DNA of 32,000 nt from Candidatus Poseidoniaceae archaeon (GTDB taxonomy: Archaea; Thermoplasmatota; Poseidoniia; Poseidoniales; Poseidoniaceae): positions 746,493-778,492 of the forward strand of contig CALSTM010000002.1 of assembly GCA_943789275.1 (NCBI GenBank), written 5' to 3'. Both the position numbers and the translations under genes were made by a program. How positions within the stretch are numbered: position 1 is the stretch's first letter; the number at the start of each line of letters is the position of its first letter. The notes beneath the pieces are model-generated. The model was not told the origin of the DNA, did no database searches, and worked only from the letters and a program-made list of their open reading frames with translations. Positions 16,938 through 25,173 of the stretch are shown piece after piece.

Positions 16938-17696
16938 CGGGTCAATGTCTTGATCGTAGACTTCGGATTCAGGAGCCGGCAGTAATGTTCGCGAATTTTC
17001 AAGGACATCTCGGACGCTGTCCTCAATGTTTTGCGCATTCTCGAGTAATTCACTCAGTGGAATTTCAATTCCAGTCAGTTCAGCAACGGCTTCAACAGCC
17101 AAAGCTGCTGCACGTGCGTCGGGATACATTGGGCTTGCTTCTGCAAGCAAAGCGGTAACATCGATTCCCAGACGATCGCCCTCTCCAAGAAGGAAACCCG
17201 TAATTCCTGCAACAATTCCTTGCTGAATCGGTTCAATGCCTGCCCGATGAAGGCGGTCTCTTGCTTGTTGTGACGAGCCTACACCAAACAAGGCTCCAGT
17301 CGAGACTTCCTTACTCGATTGAACCAAGCCGTCGATAATGATGAGTCGGTCGAAACCTCCTCGTGTGAACCATTCTAAGACCGTCGAGGCGAACATGATG
17401 TCTTGTTCATCTTTGAATTGAATTTCTGAGGTGAAAACACCGATTCCATCGCCTTGATAGACTCGAACTGGATGCTTGGGCACTTCGTTGTGAATCAAGG
17501 CAACCGCTGGAAATTCAGCGTTGAGGACCGTGCCAAGTTGATTCAGCTGGAGCGTCTGTATTATGTGAGAGGCTGCAATGACACCAACCATCCCTGCGGT
17601 TGTGAATCCTGCTACTGCGACACCACCGGTCGTCAAAGGGTCGGCACCGTCTTGCAAAACCAAAGCATAGCCCTTGAATTCATGCTCCATATTCAT
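16926..17696 (-). CDS. PAC2-family proteasome assembly chaperone-like protein (archaeal PbaA/PbaB type)
   Basis: GGVAVAGFTTAGMVGVIAASHIIQTLQLNQLGTVLNAEFPAVALIHNEVPKHPVRVY...IIIDGL fits the PAC2 family pattern. The track start at 17705 is TTG. ATGs lie at 17696 and 17690, and GGAGGGG sits 6 nt before the 17690 ATG. Confidence 0.7.
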   Translation of the reverse strand: MNMEHEFKGYALVLQDGADPLTTGGVAVAGFTTAGMVGVIAASHIIQTLQLNQLGTVLNAEFPAVALIHNEVPKHPVRVYQGDGIGVFTSEIQFKDEQDIMFASTVLEWFTRGGFDRLIIIDGLVQSSKEVSTGALFGVGSSQQARDRLHRAGIEPIQQGIVAGITGFLLGEGDRLGIDVTALLAEASPMYPDARAAALAVEAVAELTGIEIPLSELLENAQNIEDSVRDVLENSRTLLPAPESEVYDQDIDPSFG

Positions 17697-17745
17697 CCCC
17701 TCCAAGCGGTCGTAGAGCCAGTCAATGAAAAGTCATACGGTGAGA

Positions 17746-20700
17746 TTATTCTTCCCAAACCGCCCAGTCTTCCCAGCCTTCTTCGCGGTACCACCAAACG
17801 CCTTCTTCGTCTTCCCACCACTCAGTGCCGTTCTCATCGACTGAGATGTCGGCATCTTCGGTAGCTTCCTCGGTATTGTCTTCTGATTCAAACGCTTCTT
17901 CGTGGACATATTCTTCGGTAGCTCCACGGCCATCAACTTCGTCAAACAACGTGCGACGGCGTTCTTCGGGTGGATCTCCGGCAGTGAATTCATCACCTGA
18001 ACTCCGAATCTCATCAAGGCTGCGACTTGAACGAGGAGCTGGAGTCGGTGCTGAATCTTCGGTTTCGTCGAGTTCGTCAAATGCTTCGAACCAATCATCG
18101 TCCTCTTCAGTTCGAGAGCGAAGGAGTACCAAAGCAATACCGACGCCAGCTAAAACGAGAATGGCTATGATTCCGCCAACAAGAGCGCCTGAGCCACCCT
18201 CCGTACTGTCTTTGGTCGTATCTCCGTTGCCCGAATCAGGGATAACGATTGGTTCGCTCAATGTCCACTGGAGTTCACCCACGGTTGTGGCAGAAGGCGT
18301 AGTCATCTCAGTGCAGCGGCCTGTACCGTCATCCAAACACGTTAAGATCAATTGATAGCCAACGCCTTGTAATCCAGGGAACAATCCATCGGATGGACCG
18401 TTTCGTATTGGGGTAAACGTGACTTCAACGGTTTCATTGGCGTTTAATGTAAGGGGTGGCCCCGAACTGGGCAGAGAGTCGGTCTCAAAAGAGAGCGGGC
18501 CGGGTGTGGCCGAGTTTTCGGTCCATGCAAAGTCGACTTGTACTTCAAATGGATTTGGGTTGCTCACTGTACAAGTAATCGATGAATCCGTCGAGTTCTC
18601 TTCCCAAGCATAGGTTGCTGCTTCGCAAGAAAATGTGCCTGCGAGGGTAACATCAGGGAAAACAGGATTTTCGGTCTGATTATCGGTTTGATTCGTCGTT
18701 TGATTTTCGGTATTGTTCACTGTTTGATTCACCGCATGACCGGCAAACGAAAACGAGTAGGTTTCCGGGGTTACTGAAAACCAGCCTTGCCCTTGGGATG
18801 GAGTGAAACTGAGCGTACCATGGGCGTCGGAAATCCCTGTAAGCGAAACTTTCCCACCTTTGACTTCTACAGTTCCGTTTTCAATGATATTGCCCGTCTC
18901 ATTGCTAAGGTGCCAATCGTATCCCACGTTTGCTAATACTGAAGATTGTGAAGGCAGTTCAGGTGTAATCGATGCCTCGACTGAATAGTGGCCTGTCTCG
19001 TTCAACTGTACTGGTTCGGAAGAGTGTGAGACTGTAGCCCTAAGCACACCCATTCCCGAGAAGGTAACGGATGATACGTCAGCCGGCTGAATCGTTGCTG
19101 AACCTGCTGTTCCCGCGTATTCTACAGAGATGGTTGCCTGACCAAGGAACTCTGAAAACGATGCCGAGAGTTCTGTTAAATCGTCGACAGATACAGCGTG
19201 CCATACGCCGTTTTCGTCGGTTGTGCCCTGCATTGAATAAACGAAATCTCCGGCTTCAAACATCATCGACAGGTCCTGGGATTCAAGACCTGCTCCTTCA
19301 CTGGTGAGTGCCGCTGTGACATTCAATGAATCAAGAGCGCTCATCTCGAAGAACGTTGCGTTGTACGTGCCTGAAGATGAAAGACTGAGGGTTAATTGCG
19401 ATTGCCGGAGCGAATTGTTCAATGTATGAACTGGACCAACCGATGAAAACTGTTCCGAAGTATTACCGTATTCGTCATAAGCCACGACAGCGATCCAATA
19501 GTCCGTACGATCGACCAGCGGAGTACCGTCGCCGGTGGTTGTAATGTTCATGGAAAAGGAGCCAGGCGTTGAAGATGAATTCGTGATTGCGAACTCAGTG
19601 AGGTTATCCAAAGTTAGAATTTCAAACGCTTCGACAAAGACCCTGTATTCGGAAGGTGCATCGAAAGACGCATTCCAACCCAAATCAAACGAGCTTCCGT
19701 TATCGTCTGGGGTATCGACGACTGACAGGCCTTGTACCGCAGAAGGTGGAGCTGGGTAAGGAATTGTAACGGAAAGGCGAGCTGAGAGATTGCTGGTCAC
19801 TCCGTAGAGGTGCAACGAGCGAACAACATAATCATAAGAGTCGCCGGGGGCAAAATTTGGGTCTATGGTCGAGTTTATCTCGGTGGTGAAAGTCGGGTTG
19901 TTGAGGTCCAAAACGCCCCCAGAAACGACTCTAAACACTTCAAATTCTATGAAACCATCACCAAATTCAATCTCGTCTTGCCATGAGAAGGACACCATTT
20001 CATGCGTCAGGATTTCCAGTTGCAAAACAGGTGCAGGCGGTAAAGCGAGATTTGGTGCACCGGGGATGTAATCGGCACTGAGGTCTGAAGCATACAAACT
20101 GCCGTTCTTGGTAGAGGTGAACGGTAAATCAATGACAATTGTGCCGCTGCCGGCTGTTTGAAGTTGATTGATGATGTTGGTGAGGTTCCCTTGTGCTGCA
20201 GGATTGTTCTCAACGATGAAGTCGATATCGTAGCCAATGTCCAACGAACTCATGTTGAAAGTGCCATGGCCCGTACTGGTGAAATCAAGCAGGAGAGATG
20301 CCATTTCAATGTCGTAATCCATCAATTGTGACGATTGTGCAGTGAGTTGGAGCACCAGTAAATTTTTCAAAAGGCCGAGGTCGTCGATAATCGAAAGTGG
20401 ACTTGTACCCAATACGTTATCGCCAGCATAACCTTCAGCAGTCAAGTCGTTCTGCCCGTCAAGGTCAATGTCAACGCCAATCGATTCCCATGAACCGATG
20501 AACAAACCAAACACCGTATCTTCGCCTGCTGAAACAACATGCTCCATCTGTCCGTCACCGTTCAAATCTATGAACAAGGAATCAGTGGGACAGGTCCACG
20601 GCTCAAGTGCGTCCATGGTGGCGTTAATTGAAGACAATGTGATGTTGTACATGGTTAGGTTCCCATCTAAGGTTTGAGCGTTGCCGTCCGGTGAATCAAA

Positions 20701-22017
20701 TTGTGGGACAAAGAGCGACATAGCCCCGTTGTTATCGTGGTCAGCCAACGTGGTGTTTTCGAAATTCAAATTGGAGACAACTGATGTTGTTGACCAACCT
20801 GAAGCGGTATTCTCCGCAAGAGTATAGCCTTGGAGGGTCGGGGAGAAAATATCGATGTCGCCATCAAAATCAATGTCACCAAGAACAAGGTCATCGCTCA
20901 GACCATCCATCGTATCGCCTGTTGGCGAAAGGGCTCCGCTGTTCCATGTGATCTGGCTTGAGTGGCCTAGGGAATCAACGACAATGACTGTAAAAGCACC
21001 TTGGCTTCCTTCGAAATAGTCGCCTGTCAGGCCAACAAGTTGAGCAGCAGTTGCAGTGCCGTTTACGTCAATGGTAACCGTAGAGTTATCGGAAAAGGTA
21101 TTTCGTTTCGTATCGTATTCACGAAGCGATACAATTCCGTTCTGATGTACAGAGACAATGTCTGCTCCACCGTCTCCGACAATGTCCCCTGCAAGTGCTG
21201 AGATGAGTCCAGAACTTAGGGCGATTGGGGTCGCATTACCCAGAGTTCCGTTGGCAGCATCGTAAAGATGGACGCATGCAAGATTCATAGAAGGAGCGAC
21301 TGAAAGAACATCTGAATAATTGTCATCGTTGATATCTGCGACTGAAAGAGCGTTGCTTGAGCCACATGTAGGCATCCATGAAGTGGAAGTAACGCCCGAT
21401 GTAGCGTCCCAGTCAAGGATTGAAATCGCCGCTTGGGAATTCGTTACGGATTGGACTGTTGACAATACCACAATCTCATCGCGACTGTCGTTATCGAAAT
21501 CTCCGTACTCATAGGTTGTGAGTTGGCCGGTTTGTTGCAGCCCCGCTGATACTTCAGAGGTGAAGCTCATCGATGCAACTGCCGTCTCAATCGTGGATGT
21601 TTTGGGTACGTAAAACGGCATAGAGGAAGCGCCGCCGTTCGAGTAGACATCTTCGGCAGTATAGCCGTTAAAGAAGGTGTTTTGATGGCCTATGTCGCCA
21701 AAACCAACGCCTTCAAACGCCCATTCCTTAATCCCATCTTCGTTGACGTCCAGTGCCACTTGACCGGGAGATACGTCGTTATGGTCGACATTGATGTAAA
21801 ATTGGGCGGATTCAAAGGTTACATTTCTCGGGACTTCGAATGAAAAATTCGTGTCCGTTTGGTTCGCAACCAGAGGGACGGTAATTAACGCCGAACCGTT
21901 CGAAAAAAGATACACTGAGCCAGCTTGACCGTTTGCGCTCGCAGACAATAATGCCCCTGATTGGGAAAAAACAAGCAAAAAGAAAACAAAGAAAGTTGTG
22001 AATCGTTTCAATTCCAT
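17746..22017 (-). CDS. Giant surface protein: signal peptide, FG-GAP/integrin-alpha-like Ca-binding repeats, FN3/Ig-like domains, N-glycosylation stalk, single TM, 124-aa acidic Trp-rich cytoplasmic tail
   Basis: 1423 aa. Signal peptide MELKRFTTFFVFFLLVFSQSGALLSASA. Repeated D-x-D/N-x-D-G loops are present (DFDNDSRDEIV, DINDDNYSDVL, DIVGDGGADIV, DIDFDGDIDIF, DHDNNGAMSLF, DLNGDGQMEHV, DIDLDGQNDL). FN3-like segments include PAPVLQLEILTHEMVSFSWQ and PSAVQGLSVVDTPDDNGSSFDLGWNAS. TM segment GALVGGIIAILVLAGVGIALVLL. The tail ends WWEDEEGVWWYREEGWEDWAVWEE. An SD-like GTGAGG lies upstream of the ATG. Confidence 0.9.
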   Translation of the reverse strand: MELKRFTTFFVFFLLVFSQSGALLSASANGQAGSVYLFSNGSALITVPLVANQTDTNFSFEVPRNVTFESAQFYINVDHNDVSPGQVALDVNEDGIKEWAFEGVGFGDIGHQNTFFNGYTAEDVYSNGGASSMPFYVPKTSTIETAVASMSFTSEVSAGLQQTGQLTTYEYGDFDNDSRDEIVVLSTVQSVTNSQAAISILDWDATSGVTSTSWMPTCGSSNALSVADINDDNYSDVLSVAPSMNLACVHLYDAANGTLGNATPIALSSGLISALAGDIVGDGGADIVSVHQNGIVSLREYDTKRNTFSDNSTVTIDVNGTATAAQLVGLTGDYFEGSQGAFTVIVVDSLGHSSQITWNSGALSPTGDTMDGLSDDLVLGDIDFDGDIDIFSPTLQGYTLAENTASGWSTTSVVSNLNFENTTLADHDNNGAMSLFVPQFDSPDGNAQTLDGNLTMYNITLSSINATMDALEPWTCPTDSLFIDLNGDGQMEHVVSAGEDTVFGLFIGSWESIGVDIDLDGQNDLTAEGYAGDNVLGTSPLSIIDDLGLLKNLLVLQLTAQSSQLMDYDIEMASLLLDFTSTGHGTFNMSSLDIGYDIDFIVENNPAAQGNLTNIINQLQTAGSGTIVIDLPFTSTKNGSLYASDLSADYIPGAPNLALPPAPVLQLEILTHEMVSFSWQDEIEFGDGFIEFEVFRVVSGGVLDLNNPTFTTEINSTIDPNFAPGDSYDYVVRSLHLYGVTSNLSARLSVTIPYPAPPSAVQGLSVVDTPDDNGSSFDLGWNASFDAPSEYRVFVEAFEILTLDNLTEFAITNSSSTPGSFSMNITTTGDGTPLVDRTDYWIAVVAYDEYGNTSEQFSSVGPVHTLNNSLRQSQLTLSLSSSGTYNATFFEMSALDSLNVTAALTSEGAGLESQDLSMMFEAGDFVYSMQGTTDENGVWHAVSVDDLTELSASFSEFLGQATISVEYAGTAGSATIQPADVSSVTFSGMGVLRATVSHSSEPVQLNETGHYSVEASITPELPSQSSVLANVGYDWHLSNETGNIIENGTVEVKGGKVSLTGISDAHGTLSFTPSQGQGWFSVTPETYSFSFAGHAVNQTVNNTENQTTNQTDNQTENPVFPDVTLAGTFSCEAATYAWEENSTDSSITCTVSNPNPFEVQVDFAWTENSATPGPLSFETDSLPSSGPPLTLNANETVEVTFTPIRNGPSDGLFPGLQGVGYQLILTCLDDGTGRCTEMTTPSATTVGELQWTLSEPIVIPDSGNGDTTKDSTEGGSGALVGGIIAILVLAGVGIALVLLRSRTEEDDDWFEAFDELDETEDSAPTPAPRSSRSLDEIRSSGDEFTAGDPPEERRRTLFDEVDGRGATEEYVHEEAFESEDNTEEATEDADISVDENGTEWWEDEEGVWWYREEGWEDWAVWEE

Positions 22018-22175
22018 TTTGAGGCCTCACAGTGGAGGGCACAGCCCTCTTGTATTTTGCAAAGGAAGAGATGAGGTTTTCAAGCCTTGCTTCATTCGTG
22101 GGCTAAATTGGCGGATGCATCCCGCTAAAGGATTAAGAGAGACGTACGGATAGAGTCTTGTGAAGAGGGGTCACT

Positions 22176-22676
22176 TTGGACAGGTCTGCTAAGATATCTG
22201 TAACTGCAAGTGACGTCGAATTTGAGTTGGATGGCTCTCCAACTGAAATAGAAGAAAGACTCTCTCACCTACGCCAAGATGATTCTTGGAGCATCATGAT
22301 TGGCCGATTGAAAGTGGCACGCGAAGAGGTGCTCAATGCAGCAGTTGATGCTGCAAAAGCGTCGGGATTACCTGGCAGAGGCGCTGATTTCAAAACGCTG
22401 ATAGAAACGTATTCTCTCAAGAGAAAACCGGATCAAGTGCTCGGCGCCATCCACTATCTTCGAGATGTAGAGGGCATCATGGACAGCCCTCCACGCGTCA
22501 TCAATCAACTGTTTGAAGATGCTGGGATAGAATCGCCTGGAAACCTTTCACTCTATCTCAATCGATTGCGAGAGCGCGAATTCTTGATTATTCCAAGCGG
22601 CAGTGAAGATAAGAACCGCTATGCAGTACTCAGCCCAGAAGGTCAAGAACATCTGAACAAGCGTTCAACCAAGTGA
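22176..22676 (+). CDS. Hypothetical protein with a C-terminal winged-helix (MarR/PadR-like) DNA-binding domain
   Basis: 166 aa. It has a TTG start preceded by GAGGGG at 5-nt spacing. The C-terminal half, QVLGAIHYLRDVEGIMDSPPRVINQLFEDAGIESPGNLSLYLNRLREREFLIIP...RYAVLSPEGQEHL, has the helix-turn-helix plus wing pattern. The N-terminal half is unrecognised. Confidence 0.55.
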   Translation: MDRSAKISVTASDVEFELDGSPTEIEERLSHLRQDDSWSIMIGRLKVAREEVLNAAVDAAKASGLPGRGADFKTLIETYSLKRKPDQVLGAIHYLRDVEGIMDSPPRVINQLFEDAGIESPGNLSLYLNRLREREFLIIPSGSEDKNRYAVLSPEGQEHLNKRSTK

Positions 22677-22685
22677 GGCGTTCAG

Positions 22686-23129
22686 ATGGTCATGTCAGGC
22701 GGCGGAGGGGACGACCCTCGTGAATCAGAGAGCGAGGCTGCTGAAGTATTGGATTGGTCGTTTCAAAATCACAAAGATGCGATACTGCGCAAGGGAAGGC
22801 ATTCGGGTTCGGACTTTCGCAGGGCGATACTCGACAACGCTGACTTGACTGAGGGCGACTTCACCAAATGCAACTTCAAGAGAGCATCAATGGTCGAAAT
22901 CGATTTGATGAAATCAGCGTTTGACGGCTCCGATTTCCGTGGAGCAGATTTGCGAAAGGCGAGACTCAATCTTTCAAACTTTAGAAATTGTAAATTTGCG
23001 GGAGCCGATTTACGAGGCATACGCGGAAGATACGCCATTTGGCAAGGCAGTGATTGGTGGAATGCGACAATGGATGATGATTTGAAGAAAGTTCTCTCGA
23101 AAAAATGGCCACGGCCCAGTTCCGACTAA
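22686..23129 (+). CDS. Pentapeptide-repeat protein
   Basis: 147 aa. The run NADLTEGDFTKCNFKRASMVEIDLMKSAFDGSDFRGADLRKARLNLSNFRNCKFAGADLRGIRG is a continuous A(D/N)LXX repeat. It starts 9 nt after the preceding ORF, with GAGG upstream. Confidence 0.85.
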   Translation: MVMSGGGGDDPRESESEAAEVLDWSFQNHKDAILRKGRHSGSDFRRAILDNADLTEGDFTKCNFKRASMVEIDLMKSAFDGSDFRGADLRKARLNLSNFRNCKFAGADLRGIRGRYAIWQGSDWWNATMDDDLKKVLSKKWPRPSSD

Positions 23130-23131
23130 CA

Positions 23132-23821
23132 CTATTCTTCATCGTCTGTGGTTAACGTGACTTTATTCGCAGGATAGAGTGCAAGCCGTGCTCGGGCATT
23201 GATCATTGGCAAGGCTGCAATACCGAGGCACATCACCATGCACACGCCGCAGAAATAGGTAGTAATTTCATATGTAAGTAACAAAACTCCTTCCAAATGT
23301 GCGTCTGCTGCTCCTTTAATCATGAGGCTTCCCGCTGTCCCGGTAACCAGTCCAGTTCCTGCTCCGCTGATGGCAAGTTTAGCCCCAAGTCCGTTAAGAA
23401 AAATCAGCATGATGCCGCCCGTAATTAACAGCAGGCTCGAAAAAACCATTCCATAGCCCCTGAGGGCATAGCCGCCTGATTCACGAGCTGCATCATGGAA
23501 TGTTTGGTACTCATCAACGGTGACTTCATTGCTGCCATCTCCTTGACTGTTTGGAACGTCAAGTATCGCTCCTACCTCTTCGTTTGAAAGGTCTGCAGCA
23601 TTGTGAAGGCCAATATCCCCATACGCCTGACCCAACAACACCAACGCGCCGAAAAGAAGCAAAATGCCTACCGTTCGAGGGCCTTTGGTATCTGGGCGGA
23701 CCGCAAACAAATCCGGAGGCATTTCGGATTCCGGTTGACTTTCGTCCATTCGCATGGAAAACCCGAGGTCAACTCCCTCGCTCTCCTTCTTCGGCAATAT
23801 GTCTACGTTGGAATCACTCAT
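23132..23821 (-). CDS. Hypothetical integral membrane protein (about 4 TM helices)
   Basis: 229 aa. It has an acidic N-terminal region, then hydrophobic segments VGILLLFGALVLLG, GMVFSSLLLITGGIMLIFL, GLVTGTAGSLMI and TYFCGVCMVMCLGIAALPMI. Its ATG overlaps the upstream gene's stop (ATGAGTGA). No family recognised. Confidence 0.6.
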   Translation of the reverse strand: MSDSNVDILPKKESEGVDLGFSMRMDESQPESEMPPDLFAVRPDTKGPRTVGILLLFGALVLLGQAYGDIGLHNAADLSNEEVGAILDVPNSQGDGSNEVTVDEYQTFHDAARESGGYALRGYGMVFSSLLLITGGIMLIFLNGLGAKLAISGAGTGLVTGTAGSLMIKGAADAHLEGVLLLTYEITTYFCGVCMVMCLGIAALPMINARARLALYPANKVTLTTDDEE

Positions 23822-24239
23822 GCTGACCCTCCGATGTGTGGTGAAGTAAACCTGCTCGAATGTCTTCAGGAATAACCATGGGGGAAATCGAATCCATGTC
23901 TACGCATACGGTGACATGAGAAGATTCCCAAACGACTTCTTCGTTTTGGTTGTGAAATCGATACGCCCAAGTGCATGATTTCGAACCAACTTTCGAAAGC
24001 CAGATGGTGGCATGTACGGTGTCACCATAGCGTAGAGGAGTGATGAAATCTGTTTCAATATGGACGATTGGAAAGCCAATTTTTCTTTCGAGTAACATCG
24101 TCGGGTAAGGGATTCCACAAATGGGCTCCCAACACTCTTCAAAAAACCGGTGAGCCAAATCGTAAATGCGCGGGAAGTACGCAATCTGGGCGCTGTCAAT
24201 CATTGGGAAATCCACACGCCGAGAGAGATGAACCGCCAT
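23814..24239 (-). CDS. Hotdog-fold acyl-CoA thioesterase (4HBT/YbgC-like)
   Basis: VDFPMIDSAQIAYFPRIYDLAHRFFEECW...GFPIVHIETDFITPLRYGDTVHATIWLSKVGSKSCTWAYRF fits the 4-hydroxybenzoyl-CoA thioesterase family layout. The only ATG is at 24239. The track's TTG start at 24326 would run through the tRNA promoter. Confidence 0.75.
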   Translation of the reverse strand: MAVHLSRRVDFPMIDSAQIAYFPRIYDLAHRFFEECWEPICGIPYPTMLLERKIGFPIVHIETDFITPLRYGDTVHATIWLSKVGSKSCTWAYRFHNQNEEVVWESSHVTVCVDMDSISPMVIPEDIRAGLLHHTSEGQHE

Positions 24240-24315
24240 GATACGACCAAGGGCCTTTCTATCATGAAGGCTTGTATTCAGTCCATCCAAAACCCCCGAA
24301 AAGCAACCCGTTGCG

Positions 24316-24323
24316 CTTATATC
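24316..24323 (+). promoter_or_regulatory. TATA box (CTTATATC) about 29 nt upstream of the tRNA-Arg 5' end
   Basis: ttatat at 24317-24322. The spacing to 24349 matches archaeal tRNA promoters. Confidence 0.5.
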
Positions 24324-24348
24324 CAATCGGTTAGTGGCCCGACTACAA

Positions 24349-24422
24349 GGCCCTATAGTGTAGCTTGGATATCACGCCGGCTTGCGGAGCCAGCAACCCG
24401 TGTTCGAATCGCGGTGGGGCCG
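24349..24422 (+). tRNA. tRNA-Arg (anticodon GCG)
   Basis: Hand-folded cloverleaf. Acceptor stem GGCCCTA/TGGGGCC (7 bp, one G-U). D arm GTGT/TCAC with an AGCTTGGATA loop. Anticodon stem CCGGC/GCCAG (one C-A mismatch at 28:42), loop TT-GCG-GA. 4-nt variable region. T arm CCGTG-TTCGAAT-CGCGG with canonical GTTCGAATC. Discriminator G, no encoded CCA, no intron. Confidence 0.8.
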
Positions 24423-24452
24423 CTCTTGTCCTGTTTGAGTGCAACCGCTGCC

Positions 24453-25151
24453 TCAGGATTTGAGTTTCCAATCGTGCATATCCCAATTCTGGTCCTCAGC
24501 AAATTGTCGAAACGCACCTTTGGAATTGATAGCGACTGGATGGCCGGTCGTCCGCATAAACCAAGAGTCGGCCATCGTGTTGCCGTATCCATAGCATTCC
24601 TCAAGTTCATGGCCATGCTTCAACGCATCTGCTTCAACAATGGCAATCTTGCCTTTTCGCCGAGGGACCGACCATCCACGTTCTGAACCGCTGAGAATTC
24701 CTTCTCTTACATCAGGACCGCAGCCGTATACTGCATCCATTCCAAGGACTTCGGCCATGGCTTCAGCCATTGGAGCGATTGTAGCGGTAACCAAAACGAT
24801 GCGATGTCCTTGGGACTTGTGCCAGTGGAGGGAATCCCTCGCCTCTTGTGTGATTTTTCCCGAGAGATGCTGGTTGGCGATGCGTTGTGAGAACGTTTCA
24901 AGGACGCTCCATGAAGCGAGGGAAAAATGCCCGCGGTTTCGGGCAGCATCGTAGAAAGAGCGCCCCCGGAGTAGGTTTGAAATCAGGCCGAAGGACCATG
25001 CGACTGCACCGTATGGAATTCTCCACGGGCGCTTTCGTCCAAGATAAGCGGCCAGGGTTTTTTCACTCGAGGCGTCTAAAAGCGTCCCATCAAGGTCAAA
25101 ATACGCCGCAACGGACTTTCCCATGCCCTGCGCACATCGCGCTTGATACAT
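24453..25151 (-). CDS. HAD-superfamily hydrolase, subfamily IB (phosphoserine-phosphatase-like)
   Basis: 232 aa. Motif I is AAYFDLDGTLLD. Motif II is RIVLVTAT. The C-terminal motif is GYGNTMADSWFM. A cap-domain insertion lies between motifs I and II, as in HAD-IB. An alternative start lies at Met10 (25124). Confidence 0.8.
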   Translation of the reverse strand: MYQARCAQGMGKSVAAYFDLDGTLLDASSEKTLAAYLGRKRPWRIPYGAVAWSFGLISNLLRGRSFYDAARNRGHFSLASWSVLETFSQRIANQHLSGKITQEARDSLHWHKSQGHRIVLVTATIAPMAEAMAEVLGMDAVYGCGPDVREGILSGSERGWSVPRRKGKIAIVEADALKHGHELEECYGYGNTMADSWFMRTTGHPVAINSKGAFRQFAEDQNWDMHDWKLKS

Positions 25152-25173
25152 GAGTTAAACCCCGATAAAAGGT

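Noticed and set aside
17825-18355. 176-aa Ser-rich plus-strand ORF
   Set aside because: It is antisense to the Glu/Asp-rich cytoplasmic tail of the giant protein. Low-complexity Ser/Ala runs are the expected mirror of GAA/GAG/GAC-rich coding sequence.
24240-24326. TTG-initiated N-terminal extension of the thioesterase ORF
   Set aside because: The extension covers the tRNA TATA box, contains no ATG and adds sequence not seen in hotdog thioesterases. ATG 24239 gives the family-typical N-terminus.
24349-24422. tRNA-Arg as the attachment site for the AT-rich island
   Set aside because: The island starts more than 4 kb away with ordinary-composition genes in between. No integrase is present, and I see no repeat of the tRNA 3' half elsewhere in the window.
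24150-24686. 178-aa plus-strand ORF spanning the tRNA region
   Set aside because: It runs straight through the tRNA-Arg gene. It is also antisense to two well-supported minus-strand genes, the thioesterase and the HAD hydrolase.
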